From the NCBI RefSeq assembly GCF_021869535.1, contig NW_026262581.1:5890001-5954000 (forward strand): a stretch of DNA of 64,000 nt, in the 5' to 3' direction. Made by a program: the position numbers and the translations under genes. The DNA comes from Mytilus californianus. Taxonomy: Eukaryota. Shown piece by piece: positions 38,981 to 51,583 of the stretch; position 1 is the stretch's first letter; each line of letters opens with the position of its first letter. The notes beneath the pieces were generated by a model. It saw only the letters and a list, made by a program, of their open reading frames with translations. It did not search any database and had not been told where the DNA came from.

Positions 38981-40882
38981 TGAAAAGAAGTGTAAGGCGA
39001 CTTATGAATTGTGACAGTAACATTGATATCTTGGTGGCACGCGAGATGCTTTTAGATTTGAGTAAATGCCACAGTCAATAGACTTTTACAGTGTTGTACA
39101 TAGATTAGTGCTAAAAATATTAACGTTATAACATTTGTGCCTTAAATGGACAGTCCAAATGTATATAGTAAGGTGATGGTACAGATCCCTGCATGTATAA
39201 AACTGAATTATATAGTTTTATGCTACTTGTGCTTTATGTTTTGAATTGAGCACCCTGCTGAGATAGAATCCCTAGCTTATAGTTGGATGTGACAATCTGC
39301 CTTTGCGATTTTAACTTGGTGTTGGGTACGCCAGGCAGTGTTGATATCCTTTATACCCAGTATTTTGAACAATTGAGTTATAGGCGTAATTATATTGGTA
39401 TGTGCACCGAAATTTTTCACTGTAAATTGTTTCCTGCACATGTACACAGTTGCTTAACCGTATTACACTACAAAAGTAGTGGTACTCCAGATAGTGGAGG
39501 GAAGAATAAAGAAGAATGTGCTTTGATACTGCCAAAATTAGTATTCATTCATAGACCCCATAAGAAACGCAAGAAACCCTTCGTTCTCGATCCCAATCCT
39601 GTAAATATTTCGAGACACAGTCATGCGGTATATTTGTCTGGTTAAAAAAAAACAACAAGAAACAATCACAACCGCCTTGGTTACAGGATATGGATTTGTT
39701 TTCAATTCTTTGCACTGAATATTCAATTATCTATTTTGATTTTTAATACCTTGTTTTGGACGAATTTGAAAAATGTGATTTAATCTCTTTTTTTACTATC
39801 CCAACTCAAATTCAACTGTTATGGATAGTCAAATAATGGATTGTATCAATGTTAATGGTTGATTCACCCGAGAAGTATGTGTATATCAGAAGAAGAAGAA
39901 GTGAAAAGAAGTGTAAGGCGACTTATGAAAAGTACTTATCAATGAAAGATGTGTTTGTTGGCTTAGAATGAACAATAGAATGTAAGAGCCTATATTCTGC
40001 GTAACAAATTGTGACAGTAACATTGATATCTTGGTGGCACGCGAGATGCTTTTAGATTTTGAGTAAATACCACAGTGCATAGACTTTTACAGTGTTGTAC
40101 ATAGATTAGTGCTAAAATATTAACGTTATAACATCTGTACCTTAAAATTTATGGACAGTCCAAATGTATATAGTAAGGTGATGGTACGGATCCCTGCATG
40201 TATAAAACTGAATTATATAGTTTTATGCTACTTGTGATTCATGTTTTGAATTGAGCACCCTGCTGAGATAGAATCCCTAGCTTATAGTTGGATGTGACAA
40301 TCTGCCTTTGCGATTTTAACTTGGTGTTGGGTACGCCAGGCAGTGTTGATATCCTTTATACCAGTATCTTGAACAATTGAGTTATAGGCGTAATTATACT
40401 GGTTTGTGCACCGAAATTTTTCACTGTAAATTGTTTCCTGCACATGTACACAGTTGCTTAACCGTATTACACTACAAAAGTAGTGGTACTCCAGATAGTG
40501 GAGGGAAGAATAAAGAAGAATGTGCTTCGATACTGCCAAAATTAGTATTCATTCATAGACACCATAAGAAATGCAAGAAACCCTTCGTTCTCGATCCCAA
40601 TCCTGTAAATATTTCGAGACACAGTCATGCGGTATATTTGTCTGGTTTAAAAAAAAAACAACAAGAAACAACCACAACCGCCTTGGTTACAGGATATGGA
40701 TTTGTTTTCAATTCTTTGCACTGAATATTCAATTATCTATTTTGGTTTTTAATACCTTGTTTTGGACGAATTTGCCAAATGTGATTTAATCTCTTATTTT
40801 ACTATCCCAACTCAAATTCAACTGTTATGGATAGTCAAATAAGGAATGTATCAATGTTAATGATTCACCCGAGAAGTATGTG
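38967..40882. repeat. Tandem segmental duplication (921 bp + 995 bp)
   Basis: Copies start at 38967 and 39888 with AGAAGAAGAAGAAGTGAAAAG; copy 2 has ~80 extra bp. Confidence 0.95.
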
Positions 40883-42049
40883 GTATACTGTGACTACTCA
40901 GTGTCGGACCAAGGAAAGGCCGCGTAGAGGGCGAACGACCCCCCTCCCCATTTTGATCTCAAATTAAAAAAAAGAACATGTTTCTCACGATTTATATAAT
41001 TAATATTGAGCCTTAGTTCGTCCACAAAATGTATCCAAACCCTGTACACATTTGCCTGTTGGTACAACACTTTCAATCAATTTTGCTGTAATTTACTGAA
41101 GAGAATGTGCAAACACGAAATGTAAAGACATTGTAAACAAAAATGCTAAATCTAAATTTGGAAATTGATTAATAAATAAGATGAAAACAAAATTTATTGT
41201 GAGCTAATTTGTTCTCGTCCTGAACTTGCATGAGATATTTGCAACTGGACACTTTAGCAAACATCAATCAATCAATAAAGATTAGAAAATCGGGCAAACC
41301 GTGACAAAGAAAGAAGAAACCAACTGATGTTCGTTTATTTGCATCTACAAACTGACACTAGAATTTCCAGGACTGCTTCATTGATCATGTTCTGTCCGGA
41401 CCCGTCTTTTAGGAGGAGTTTATTCTCATAGAAACTGCTTGCGCAGAACAGATGTAATTTGTTGATTGCTTATATAAAATGTGTATTTTTTAGTCACATT
41501 AACAGTTTGCTTTATTTTGAATTACACATTTAAGTACTAAGTTTTCAGATTAATGCAATATTTACGTATTTAAATGTTATCTTCCTTTCATGAATCACAT
41601 GTACATTTAATGAAAAGGGTAAGTACTTTGTCTAACACTGCATACCTGGTGGACTTTCGCTATAGAAATATCGAGAAACATAAAAAAGCGTTGTCAACGT
41701 TATATGGTGTTGCAACTCTAGAATCTGAAAATAATTAAATCATGGCCGATCTCGAGATATCGACTTTTGGACGTATCATGCTCTCGGGACTATCAGTCAT
41801 CGACCATTAACATTGTAACGGGGTAGTATAATTATATTTTAACGCACATATTTTGCTGTCTTCACGTTTGACCTTGATCAAGGGTATAGAAGTATAAACA
41901 AATGAAGAACAATGTAAAACCAAATATCTGATCAAATCTCCCTAGGGAGTTTGCAGTCGTTTTCGTTTAATTTCTAATTTCTATAAATAAAGAATTTAAC
42001 AAAATATACATGATGAATTTTTACCAACGCTGAAACATAAGCTCCGTAC

Positions 42050-42330
42050 TAAACAGGTGATATAATAACAGTAAACAGGCATTGGAATTGACTCAATTTT
42101 AGTAAATCAAGGTAAATGGTATCGAAATTGCTGCTTTATATGTCCATTTCTACATTTACTTCTGTCAAGATCCAAATATTTGGAACGCGAAAGACACATA
42201 CATACAGAGATGTATGTAATCAAAGGGGGGCATAAAAAGAATGGTCAAAACCTTCTGATTTCCCTGAAGGAAGTGCACATCCAGTTATCGTAAGAGGAAA
42301 CAAATCAGCGGATAAGGCAGCAAACTGTAC
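42050..42330 (+). mobile_element. Relic of an RNase H-bearing LINE
   Basis: AHPVIVRGNKSADKAA resembles the H-x-G-I-x-GNE-x-AD-x-x-AK RNase H motif; heavily decayed. Confidence 0.45.
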
Positions 42331-43649
42331 GTATTATGTCAAATCAGAGCCAAAGCAGAAGCATTACTTTTGGAGGGGAGGGAAAGATACAAGAAGACAA
42401 AAAGCAACAATGATCGATATGATATCGACTCCAGCGTAGCAAATTAAAGTAAATATCTAGTATACCAATTTCGATGCACAATCTGGATCTACTTGGGAAA
42501 GTTTACAGTCAAAAACTTTCTAACCTAGGCTCCTTGATTACTAGTACAGATTCGGTCAGATTTTAATGCATAGATAAACAACATTTGACGTCTCATTCAA
42601 TGTACGAGAATAAAAAAATACCTGTTAACTATAAAACTGTAATGTTTACATAAGGTGATTTCCTGCAGTCACAACGAAAAACAAAACTCGATAGTTTCAT
42701 TAATTCGAAATTGTATATTGATAGAACATTTTTGTTTTAAACAGTAATTGATCTTGTGATGTATTCAAGGTAAACGTACAAGGTAATCTATATTCTGGTG
42801 GACTGAAACGTTCGTATGACAAAGACAAATATCTACCTGACGTTACATTGACCATATTATTGTCAATGATATGGTTATTAAATTGATCATATCACCTGAA
42901 ATGATTGATTGAGGTACAATTCTACCATAATCATAAGATCTATGATGATAAAGGTACTGTAAGTATGATTTATTGTTTGTATGAATGATCTCAAGATTAT
43001 TTTTAACGAGTAGTTTCTCCAGTGCTATTTAAAAGACTTAGTTTCCAACTTTCCGTTTTTTATATATTGATACTTGGTCAAGCGTAATTGGCATTAGAAG
43101 AAAAAATCAATCGAAAAGTTTAAAATGTATATATTGCGTGAAATAGGAATACACTTCATTTTATAATATACATTTATGCGTGAAAAAACATTCATATTTT
43201 ATCTATTGCTTAACATCGGAATACACTTCCTTTGAAAATATATATTTATAAGTGATACATATGATTGTGGTAAACTGATGCCTTGGGCAAAGATTAAACA
43301 TCTTGTATTGCGAATTTAACAAAATGACACAAACCAGGTACATGTACAGATCTAAAGGTGTATTGTTTTAATGTTTCAGTGCATAATCATCTACGCAATT
43401 ATAAATAGTTGTTCACATGGTCAGAAAAAAATCTGATGATAAATGTTGATAAAAAAAAGGTTATTTTTCTCCATGACTTCATGTAGGTATGCTTATATGT
43501 AATATGACTAATATGTAATATTCTAAGAAGGATGGTTAATCAATAGACGTAATATCTATGTTGTTTACTATAATTATTGGTAAGGAAACCGTTAATTTAT
43601 ATATTTCCCCAAGTCGATGGTACGTCTGACTGCGTGTGTCGGTTGGGGT

Positions 43650-43692
43650 TAAGGAGGCGGGGGGTACAGCCGGCATGACGTCAGACCAATTT
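43650..43692 (+). promoter_or_regulatory. Candidate SLC44-like promoter elements (GC box, CRE, CCAAT)
   Basis: GAGGCGGGG 43654-62, TGACGTCA 43676-83, CCAAT 43686-90 in a GC-rich patch ~300 bp upstream of the putative ATG; TSS unknown. Confidence 0.35.
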
Positions 43693-43988
43693 CAAAATGC
43701 TAGGTGTACAACAAAGGTTAACTAATCTAAATACCTTACAACTACCATACAACTGAGATAAAGAAATTAAGAACACATTAATAAACACCCAAATAACACA
43801 TCTAGAAGACCTCTTTAATTTCTTCTTCTTTGTAGTGTTAAGAAAAAGTAATACATTTTTAGAAATATTATTTTTTACATGACAAAAACTTTACAGTTTG
43901 TATGTTAATAAACAACGTATTAAACATAAATTTATTTTGAAGTCTGTCAAGTGAAAGAAAAATCTCAGGACTGTAATTGTGTAATGGG

Positions 43989-44024
43989 ATGCCAAGCTTG
44001 GGAAATTCGGTTCGACCAATTGAG
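43989..44024 (+). CDS. SLC44-like putative first coding exon
   Basis: MPSLGNSVRPIE then GTAAGT; phase 0 matches the next exon. Short, so inferred mainly from the donor and phase. Confidence 0.5.
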
Positions 44025-47000
44025 GTAAGTTGCGCATTCGAACTTATAAACATATTGTACAATGGACATTTTGCACAATCACAAAATATTATGATTTGGA
44101 TAACTACAGACAAAATGTATGATTTTAATCATGGCGATTCCAAAGCATTTGCTCTTGGAACGCCCTTGCCGGACTGAGTCCTCAAACAGAGGAGGAAAAC
44201 AACGTTTTACAGGATTAACGTGCAAATAACGCATGTTTCTTGAGAAAAAAAATCTTCAATAGGTACGCTCGTACTGCCTGGAAGACAGAAAATTATATAA
44301 AACGTTGGACACCACAAATCAGAAATTTCAACAGAACATCAAAAATTGTCGATAAGGCAAATTTACCGGATGAAGTTGCAACTTAGCACAGTTACATAAT
44401 TTTATGTCTTTTTACAAAAGGAGACAAAAAAAAGAACAACACTAAAGTGTATTCTCCAGGATCCGGGGCCTCATATGAACTATGTCTTTGTGAGAGATTA
44501 CAAAACACACCTCTTTTCCTCGTATGTGGAGCAGGATCTGCTTACCATTCCGAAGCATCTGAGATCGCTCCCGATTTTCTGTGGGGTTAGTTTTGCTCAG
44601 TCTTTATATATATATCATATTATCAATGAAATTTCATGAAAATATTATTTTGAGAACATTCATTTATAATCAACATGCTTTGTCCTAAGAAATGTATATT
44701 AGTAAAAAATCATGATTATCATAATAATGAACAGGTACCTAGATAACATGGGTCATCCGTAGTACCTGTAATGCACGCGAATGAATTTTAAGAATTGCAT
44801 GCATGTTCCTTGTATAACAATATGACGGACGTAATTATACAGAGTTATTTAACGTTTGAATTATATCACTAGTTTTGTTACATCATCAGGTTTCACTTCT
44901 TACCACCATAACTGGTAACGCTAAACTATTATGGTTAACATGGGACTAATACATGAAACTGGATGCATTTATTTTGAACAATAATTCATATAGAATAATT
45001 GTTTCAAAGACATTATTATATGTGCGTCTGTATTTTTAAGTACTAGTAATCATTATAAGCCTATATGCTTTTTAAAATTTAAATTAAGTTTCCAAGAGTT
45101 GTAGTATATCTCGACTTGATTCAATGATATTTATTTATCACCGAGATTACTCCCGTTGCTCTTATTTTATCGACGTAACACTACGGGGCCAATATATACA
45201 CTAATCTCATGATTGTACATAATTAATAAAATTGAGAATTGAAATGGGGAATGTGTCAAAGAGACAACAACCCGACCATAGAGCAGACAACAGCCGAAGG
45301 CCACTAATGGGTCCTTCAGCTGGCCCCAAAACAAATATGTATACTAGTTCAGTAATAATGGACGTCATACTAAACTCCAAATTATACACAAGAAACTAAA
45401 ATTAAAAATGATACAAGACTAACAAAGGCCAGAGGCTCCTGACTTGGGACAGGCGCAAAAATGCGGCGGGGTTAAACATGTTTTTTGAAATCTCAACCCT
45501 CCCCCTATACCTCTAGCCAATGTAGAAAAAACAAACGCACAACAGTACGCACAGTAAAATTCAGTTTAAGAGAAGTTCGAGTCCGATGTCAGAATAGGAA
45601 ACAAAAGAAAATAAACAAAATGACAATAATACATAAATAACAACAGACTACTAGCAGTTACTGGCATGCCAGCTCCAGACCTCAATTAAACTGATTGAAA
45701 GATTATGTCTTCATCATATGAATATCAGGCACAATCCCTCCTGTTAGGGGTTTAGTATTATACCATCATAAAATATATGAGAAGAACATAACCCGTGTCA
45801 TGCCAATATCTATTTATTAGCATATGATATACACAATACACAGAGTCCAATACACAGCTTGCTTATAATATCATTTTTTTATAGAAGAAATGTTTGATTA
45901 AATAAATACAATAATTTCAGGTAAACGTTAAGAAAGCAGAAGTAAAGTACTATCCCTTTCCTTATTTTGTTTTTGTCAAATGCTTGTAAGGATCAACATG
46001 GGCGAATCCAAAACATTTTCAGGGGGTGTCACCAAACGAACTTTCAAAATATTTCAATTTGTTTAGTTGATAGTTAGGTCATTATAGGTAGGAACAAAAC
46101 AAATGGTAACACATGGTTTACAAAATTGATTCTAATCTTATTTTTCTTTAACCGCCTCGTGGTCTTTTGTAGCATGCTCCCTTCGAGTGCGGGAAGTTGT
46201 GGGTTCGAACCCCGGCCGGGCCAAACCAATTGATTCTAAAAGTGGAAAGATAAAAAAAAACTTTTCTATAGTCAAATAGTCTAGAAGTAAGTCAGTTTTG
46301 CGCCTTGCTCCAGCACCCTTGAAGTTTAGCAGACACTTAATTCCAATTTCTGAATTAAAGCAAACCAAAGCGATTTTTCCGATAGACTTTGAATTCTCGA
46401 TATCGCAAATATTCAATAGATGTCTATGCATGTTAATCTTTTATTTTAGGTTGCTGACCCGCTGACTTTTGACTTATTATGTCCTTATTCATATTTTAAA
46501 TATTGGTATTTAATATGATAGAAGGTTTGGCTCCTTCTTCCTCCCCTTACTAGCACGTAACAACTCCCCTTTTTAATAGTTCCTTGACCCACTACTGATA
46601 CTGTCTGTTTTAAACACAATCACGTCTGATCGAAATGCATTCATCAAATGTATTATCCAGTTTTCAGACAGTGCAAAACAACTTTTTTTTGTTATCCCTT
46701 TCGACCCTCTATGCCCACAGAACCTAGACAATTGATTTATGTTAAATACTAGTATGTTAAAGTCTTAAATGTGACTGAACTGTTTGATATTTGACTTAAA
46801 AAAAGCAACTGCTAGTTATCTACATCTAGATAGAACATTTTTTGATTTATTCTCCAGCCATCAAATCTTGGGGTCATCCGAGTAAACAACTCGTCAGTAC
46901 TTTGATTTATGTTGTGTTTTGTATGTGTTTTGGTTGTTTTTCGTTTTTTTGCCTTGGCGTTGTCAGTTTGTCACCAACTCATGAGTTTAAATATCCCTTT

Positions 47001-50000
47001 GGTATCTACCGCTTCACTTTTACCTATGTTCAAATCTCATAAATCGATTAAGAAGACAAATCAAGGTAACTAAAAAACCGAAATGTCAAATTTGGATCTA
47101 TTGTAGTTATACGTATTTTCAATAATATCATATTCAAGTAAAGCTAAAACTTTTACTATTTTAGGTTAACGAATTAAATAAACCAGTTTCTACCAGTCCA
47201 GTAGAAAACAGAAGTTGCAGAGATGTCGTTTTCCTTCTTATATTTCTAATTGTTATTGGAGGGATGGTATGTATTTTATCTCAATCCACAACCGTATTTT
47301 AAATATCTTTATCCGAAAGCATCAAAGACGGGATCATATTATAAACTTTTAACTATAACAAGGATAGCAGAAACAAAATCAATGATATCTGCAACAGAAA
47401 TAAAAACAATAACATTGCTAATCAATGAAAATAGTAACAACAACATTTAAAATTATAGTATTACAAAAGTTGTTATTTTTATTTTCAATTTGGACTCTGA
47501 TACTATTTCTTGTGTTTTCTCGGGGGCGATATGGAAAAACAATCTAATTATCTATTTGGGAAGTATTTTCAATTTTAATCCTGTTTTAAATGTGTTGTTT
47601 ATGGTGGGGGATGCTTTGTGGCATTGATTTATTAAGGATATAGTTGGTCGAGATAAAGAACAGCAATAACAGCGTTTTCCCCCTGCTTTTTGGTTTTGTT
47701 AAATGCGTGTGGGTATCTAGTGGCAACGATTAATACATCACCATCCCTCTTTTCAAATATATATATATATCGTACCCGGAGGTTGATACGGATTTACATT
47801 GGAAACCTTTGCTTGACAATGGGACTGTTATTGGATTCCTTTGAAGCAATACTTTATTTCTGCTTGTAGGGCTATTGTTCTTATGTTGGATTATATTATG
47901 GAGATCCATATAGGCTAGTTTATGGAGTGGATAGCTGGGGAAATGTTTGCAACAAGAAAAATATAAAAATTCTAGATGTACCACATTCAGGGAGAGATAC
48001 ACGTGGCAAAAGGTAAGAGTATACCGACTAATTATTTGAATAAAAATCAAACATACCGTATTTGCAGTGTTTGAAATTCATTGACTATGTGAGGCTTGAG
48101 GATAGGCAAAGGAATATCATAAATAATCTTGGCAAACTTTACAAGAGGAAATGGCAACCTTTAATCATAATTGGCAAAGATCAACCCAATGAAAGATATA
48201 CTAATAGCATTCAGAAACAGACACTTCAAAGTGATATAGTATTCTAATTTTATACTTAGGATTTCAACCAATTTAATACATCGAGCACAATGTATGCATA
48301 TTCTTGGTATAATCATTGGTTTAAAAAAGAATTCATACAAAATACCTGTTTTAATATTCTCTGAGGTTTGCTCTTAAGCAAATTGATCATATACCACATT
48401 TTAAGATTGAAACAATATTGTATACTGTTTTCAGTAAACTGTTCTTTTTCGATGAGACTGTACTGAGTAACTATGTAATTGGTCAAGCAATCACGTATAA
48501 TAAGCCAAGCGTATGTGTGACGTCATGTCCTAATGTTGATATATCATCATATGAGATGTTGAAGAACCACACCCAGCTCACAGGGATAAATTATTGTGTG
48601 TATGACTATCCACTTATTGGGAATTCATCGGATGCTAGTAGTTGTACTGTGCTACCTATTTCCATACAGTAAGTAACATCCAAATCAAAAGTCAGATGGT
48701 CACGAACAATATAATAATGGACCCTGGTTGCCTTTAGTTGTCACAATTGGTAGTGGAAGAAAGCGACAACTTAGAAGTATCGCAGAACAAGTAATAAATT
48801 GACAAAGAGCATGATGAAAATGTCTATACTGTTAATTAATTTTAATTACCAGATAATATTATTAAATTTTAGTTTTGTTAGTCAATTCATGAAATGAAAT
48901 TACATTTTAAAGTTGAAATCAATTACACATTATAGATGTTTTATCATTTCGATAAAAGGATGCAGTTTGTTATTATTATTATTATCTTTATCAATAGGCA
49001 CTCCATGAAAGCATGATAATAACTCGTTATATCTATAATAGCCATTTTTAATAGGCTATTTGTTTTATTACATTTTATTACAATCATATTTTACAATTGG
49101 TTTTCAATCATTCCAGGAAATCCATACTTTTTAGATGCGTGCCTTCAACAGTTTCAGCTGCATACGATTTCTTAATTGGTTTTATTGACAATCTCTTAAA
49201 TTCAATCGATGAAAATTTTACGCAAGTAAGTACATGGGTTTGTCACTATTTAAATGTCATGTCTAATTAACAATTTATAATATTTTTGTTCGTTTATTTA
49301 TGTCTCTTAAGTTCTTGTTAAGTTGTTATTTGTTTTGAAGAATAAAATAGCTATAATAGTTTTGAACGTAAGTGACAACCAGCAAAAATTTCGGTTTCAG
49401 TTCTTCAATACACACTCATCCTAATACATAACAAAAGATGAGCGTTAAAAGGTAGAATCGTTTTCTACACTCCTAGGTCGGTTGGTTTACCATTTGAAAT
49501 TGTGTTATATTTAGTCATACCAGACACATTTGAATATTCTAAAAAAAAAAATTAAAAAAAAAAATTAAATGTATATTTTCTTTCTCTTAAATTTTAGAAA
49601 TGCGTTTCCGATATAGAGAAAACATGGCGAGAAATTTGTTATTTATGTGCTGTTGGATTAGGTGAGCAATAACATAAACGATACCAATTTTTCTGCACCA
49701 GATGCGCATTTCGACAATCAATGTCTCTTCAGTGATGCTCGAGGTCAAAATATTTGAAAATCCAAAGCTTATTAAAAAGATGAAGAGCTATAAGCCAAAA
49801 AGGACAAAAAAGTAAAGCCAAAGCCAGGCAGGGAATCAGAGCTTTGCATGAGGGAGATACATTCTTTAATTTTAAATAAGTTCAAACATTTTTTAATAAA
49901 TTTCAATAACACTAAATCCGTATTTTCATGCCAGTACCGAAGTACTGACTACTGGGAAAATATAACACAGAAAGCACTCCAATTACAATATCCAAAAATA

Positions 50001-51583
50001 TCCGATCCCATTATGTACCAATGTATTCTATTGGCACTTTTTGCGATAAAAAATGGGGATTTCGTAACCCTTCATTTACAATTTGTATAAAGGAGATACA
50101 CTGGATAAGTGTTGGTTAGTTAAAAAGATACAATGAGCCCGATTGACGAATTGCATCCTTTTAAGGACTCAAAGCCTATCCGTTGTGTCTTTAAGTGGAT
50201 TAAATCATTACAAAATCGCACGCTGTTTCAGTATTCTGTAATAAAGTTAACATTGAATGATTGTGAATCTGAAAATTATCCGTAATTTACAAAATAAGGC
50301 ATCGAACAAATTATAAACAATATAGGTTAATGATCTTCTAGGAAGAAACATACTTCGTTCTTCATCGCGATTTATAATCATAATGATTTGCGAACATGCA
50401 TTTTTATAAAATGTATAAAATACTTTGATTGAGTATTCCAACATAGGAAAGCATGCTCCTCCTTTCGTCCGTCCACTAATCCGTCCCCTATCATGTTTAA
50501 GTTCATGGTCACATTAACAAAAAACTTAGTACACATGTTCATTATGAAGTAAATTGTTTAATATATGTACCAAATTAGGGTTTCTATCTGGAAATGTACG
50601 TAGCAGTGCATATCAGGATAAAGGTTTGGTTTATGGTAGCTATGTGTTCACATCAACATCACATCGACATGATATTTAGTACACATGAAGGAAACTGTTA
50701 GCTGTATTTGGAAAAACTTTTAGGAATTTTTGGTCCTCAATGCTCTTCAACTTCGTACTTTATTTGGCCTTTTTAACTTTTTTTTGATTTGAGCGTCAAT
50801 GATGAGTCTTTTGTAGACGAAACGCGCGTCTGGCGCAAATACAAATTTACATCCTGGTATCTATGATGAGTTTATTTAGATATATAATTATGCTAAATTA
50901 AGGCGACAGTAGTTTACGGATGTTCAAATCTTGTAAACCGATTAGAAAGAGACTAATCAACCTAAGGCAACACACAAACCCTTAGGGAATCGCATGAACT
51001 CCAAAAGGAGCGTGACCGGATGCGTCGACCGGGTTAACGTCTCCTGCTATGCGTGAATCACCCGCCATGCAAATTGACACTCAGTCAAACTGTCACAATT
51101 GGGAATAGGACACACTTTATAAAATAACTGATCAAACGATTTAACTGGTATTTAAAGATCTAAGACCGTGAACACATGTCGCCAGTGAGTTGAGACACCG
51201 ACACATCGTATCCGCCAATCAATACGTGATGGTGACCGTAAAACTATTGTAGTGTCGATTTCAGTCATTTTTATAAGTCATGGTTTTGACCAAAATTTAC
51301 GGTTGAATGAACATGGACATGTGAGTGGTAGTGGGGCATGGTGTCATACATATATCCTTAAACTACCAAAGAATTTGAGTTCAGCTGCAGTAAATATCTA
51401 TGTTCCTTTATATGCAAATACCGTAAAGGGCTTTGTAACGTGTATCATGTACTGTTTTTTTTTTAATTTTCCAGGTGTTTCATTGGTTATAGTCCATTTA
51501 ATGAGATTCATTGCAGGAGTTATCATTTGGTTGTCAATGTTTATACTTGGAGCAGGCAGTGTTGGAGGTGCTGGTCTTTGTTG
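43989..51583 (+). CDS. Choline transporter-like protein (SLC44/CTL family), 5' partial, 7 exons
   Basis: Join 43989-44024, 47165-47266, 47870-48012, 48435-48668, 49117-49225, 49598-49661, 51475-51583; phases consistent. CTL hallmarks ENRSCRDVVFLLIF, GVDSWGNVC, SVCVTSCP, LFRCVP, MRFIAGVIIW. SLC44A1-like, but the paralog cannot be assigned. Confidence 0.85.
45230..45810 (+). repeat. Abundant interspersed repeat (Penelope-associated family)
   Basis: Shares the AGGCTCCTGACTTGGGACAGGC core with 22800-23330. Confidence 0.6.
46151..46250 (+). mobile_element. tRNA-derived SINE head
   Basis: B box GGTTCGAACC at 46202; no acceptor stem. Confidence 0.65.
47165..47266 (+). CDS. SLC44-like exon 2
   Basis: VNELNKPVSTSPVENRSCRDVVFLLIFLIVIGGM. 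Confidence 0.88.
47870..48012 (+). CDS. SLC44-like exon 3
   Basis: GYCSYVGLYYGDPYRLVYGVDSWGNVCNKKNIKILDVPHSGRDTRGK. Confidence 0.9.
48435..48668 (+). CDS. SLC44-like exon 4
   Basis: KLFFFDETVLSNY...PSVCVTSCP...YCVYDYP...CTVLPISI; GTAAGT donor. Confidence 0.9.
49117..49225 (+). CDS. SLC44-like exon 5
   Basis: KSILFRCVPSTVSAAYDFLIGFIDNLLNSIDENFTQ; GTAAGT donor. Confidence 0.88.
49598..49661 (+). CDS. SLC44-like exon 6
   Basis: KCVSDIEKTWREICYLCAVGL; GTGAGC donor. Confidence 0.87.
49695..49738 (-). ncRNA. Minimal type-I hammerhead ribozyme, intact core
   Basis: GCAUCA-CUGAAGA-GACA(uugau)UGUC-GAA-AU(gcgc)AU-C^UGGUGC: fully paired stem I, AUC cleavage triplet. Confidence 0.85.
50690..50880 (+). 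mobile_element. Hammerhead-bearing repeat unit
   Basis: Inverted homolog of 59510-59675; a 3'-half-only fragment also lies at 13300-13360. Confidence 0.7.
50793..50836 (+). ncRNA. Type-I hammerhead with C3->A core mutation (likely inactive)
   Basis: GCGUCA-AUGAUGA-GUCU(uuugu)AGAC-GAA-AC(gcgc)GU-C^UGGCGC. Confidence 0.75.
51475..51583 (+). CDS. SLC44-like exon 7
   Basis: VSLVIVHLMRFIAGVIIWLSMFILGAGSVGGAGLC; TG|GTAAGA donor assumed. Confidence 0.82.

Noticed and set aside
46151-46230. tRNA gene
   Set aside because: Has a B box but no cloverleaf or acceptor stem, and continues into a SINE body.
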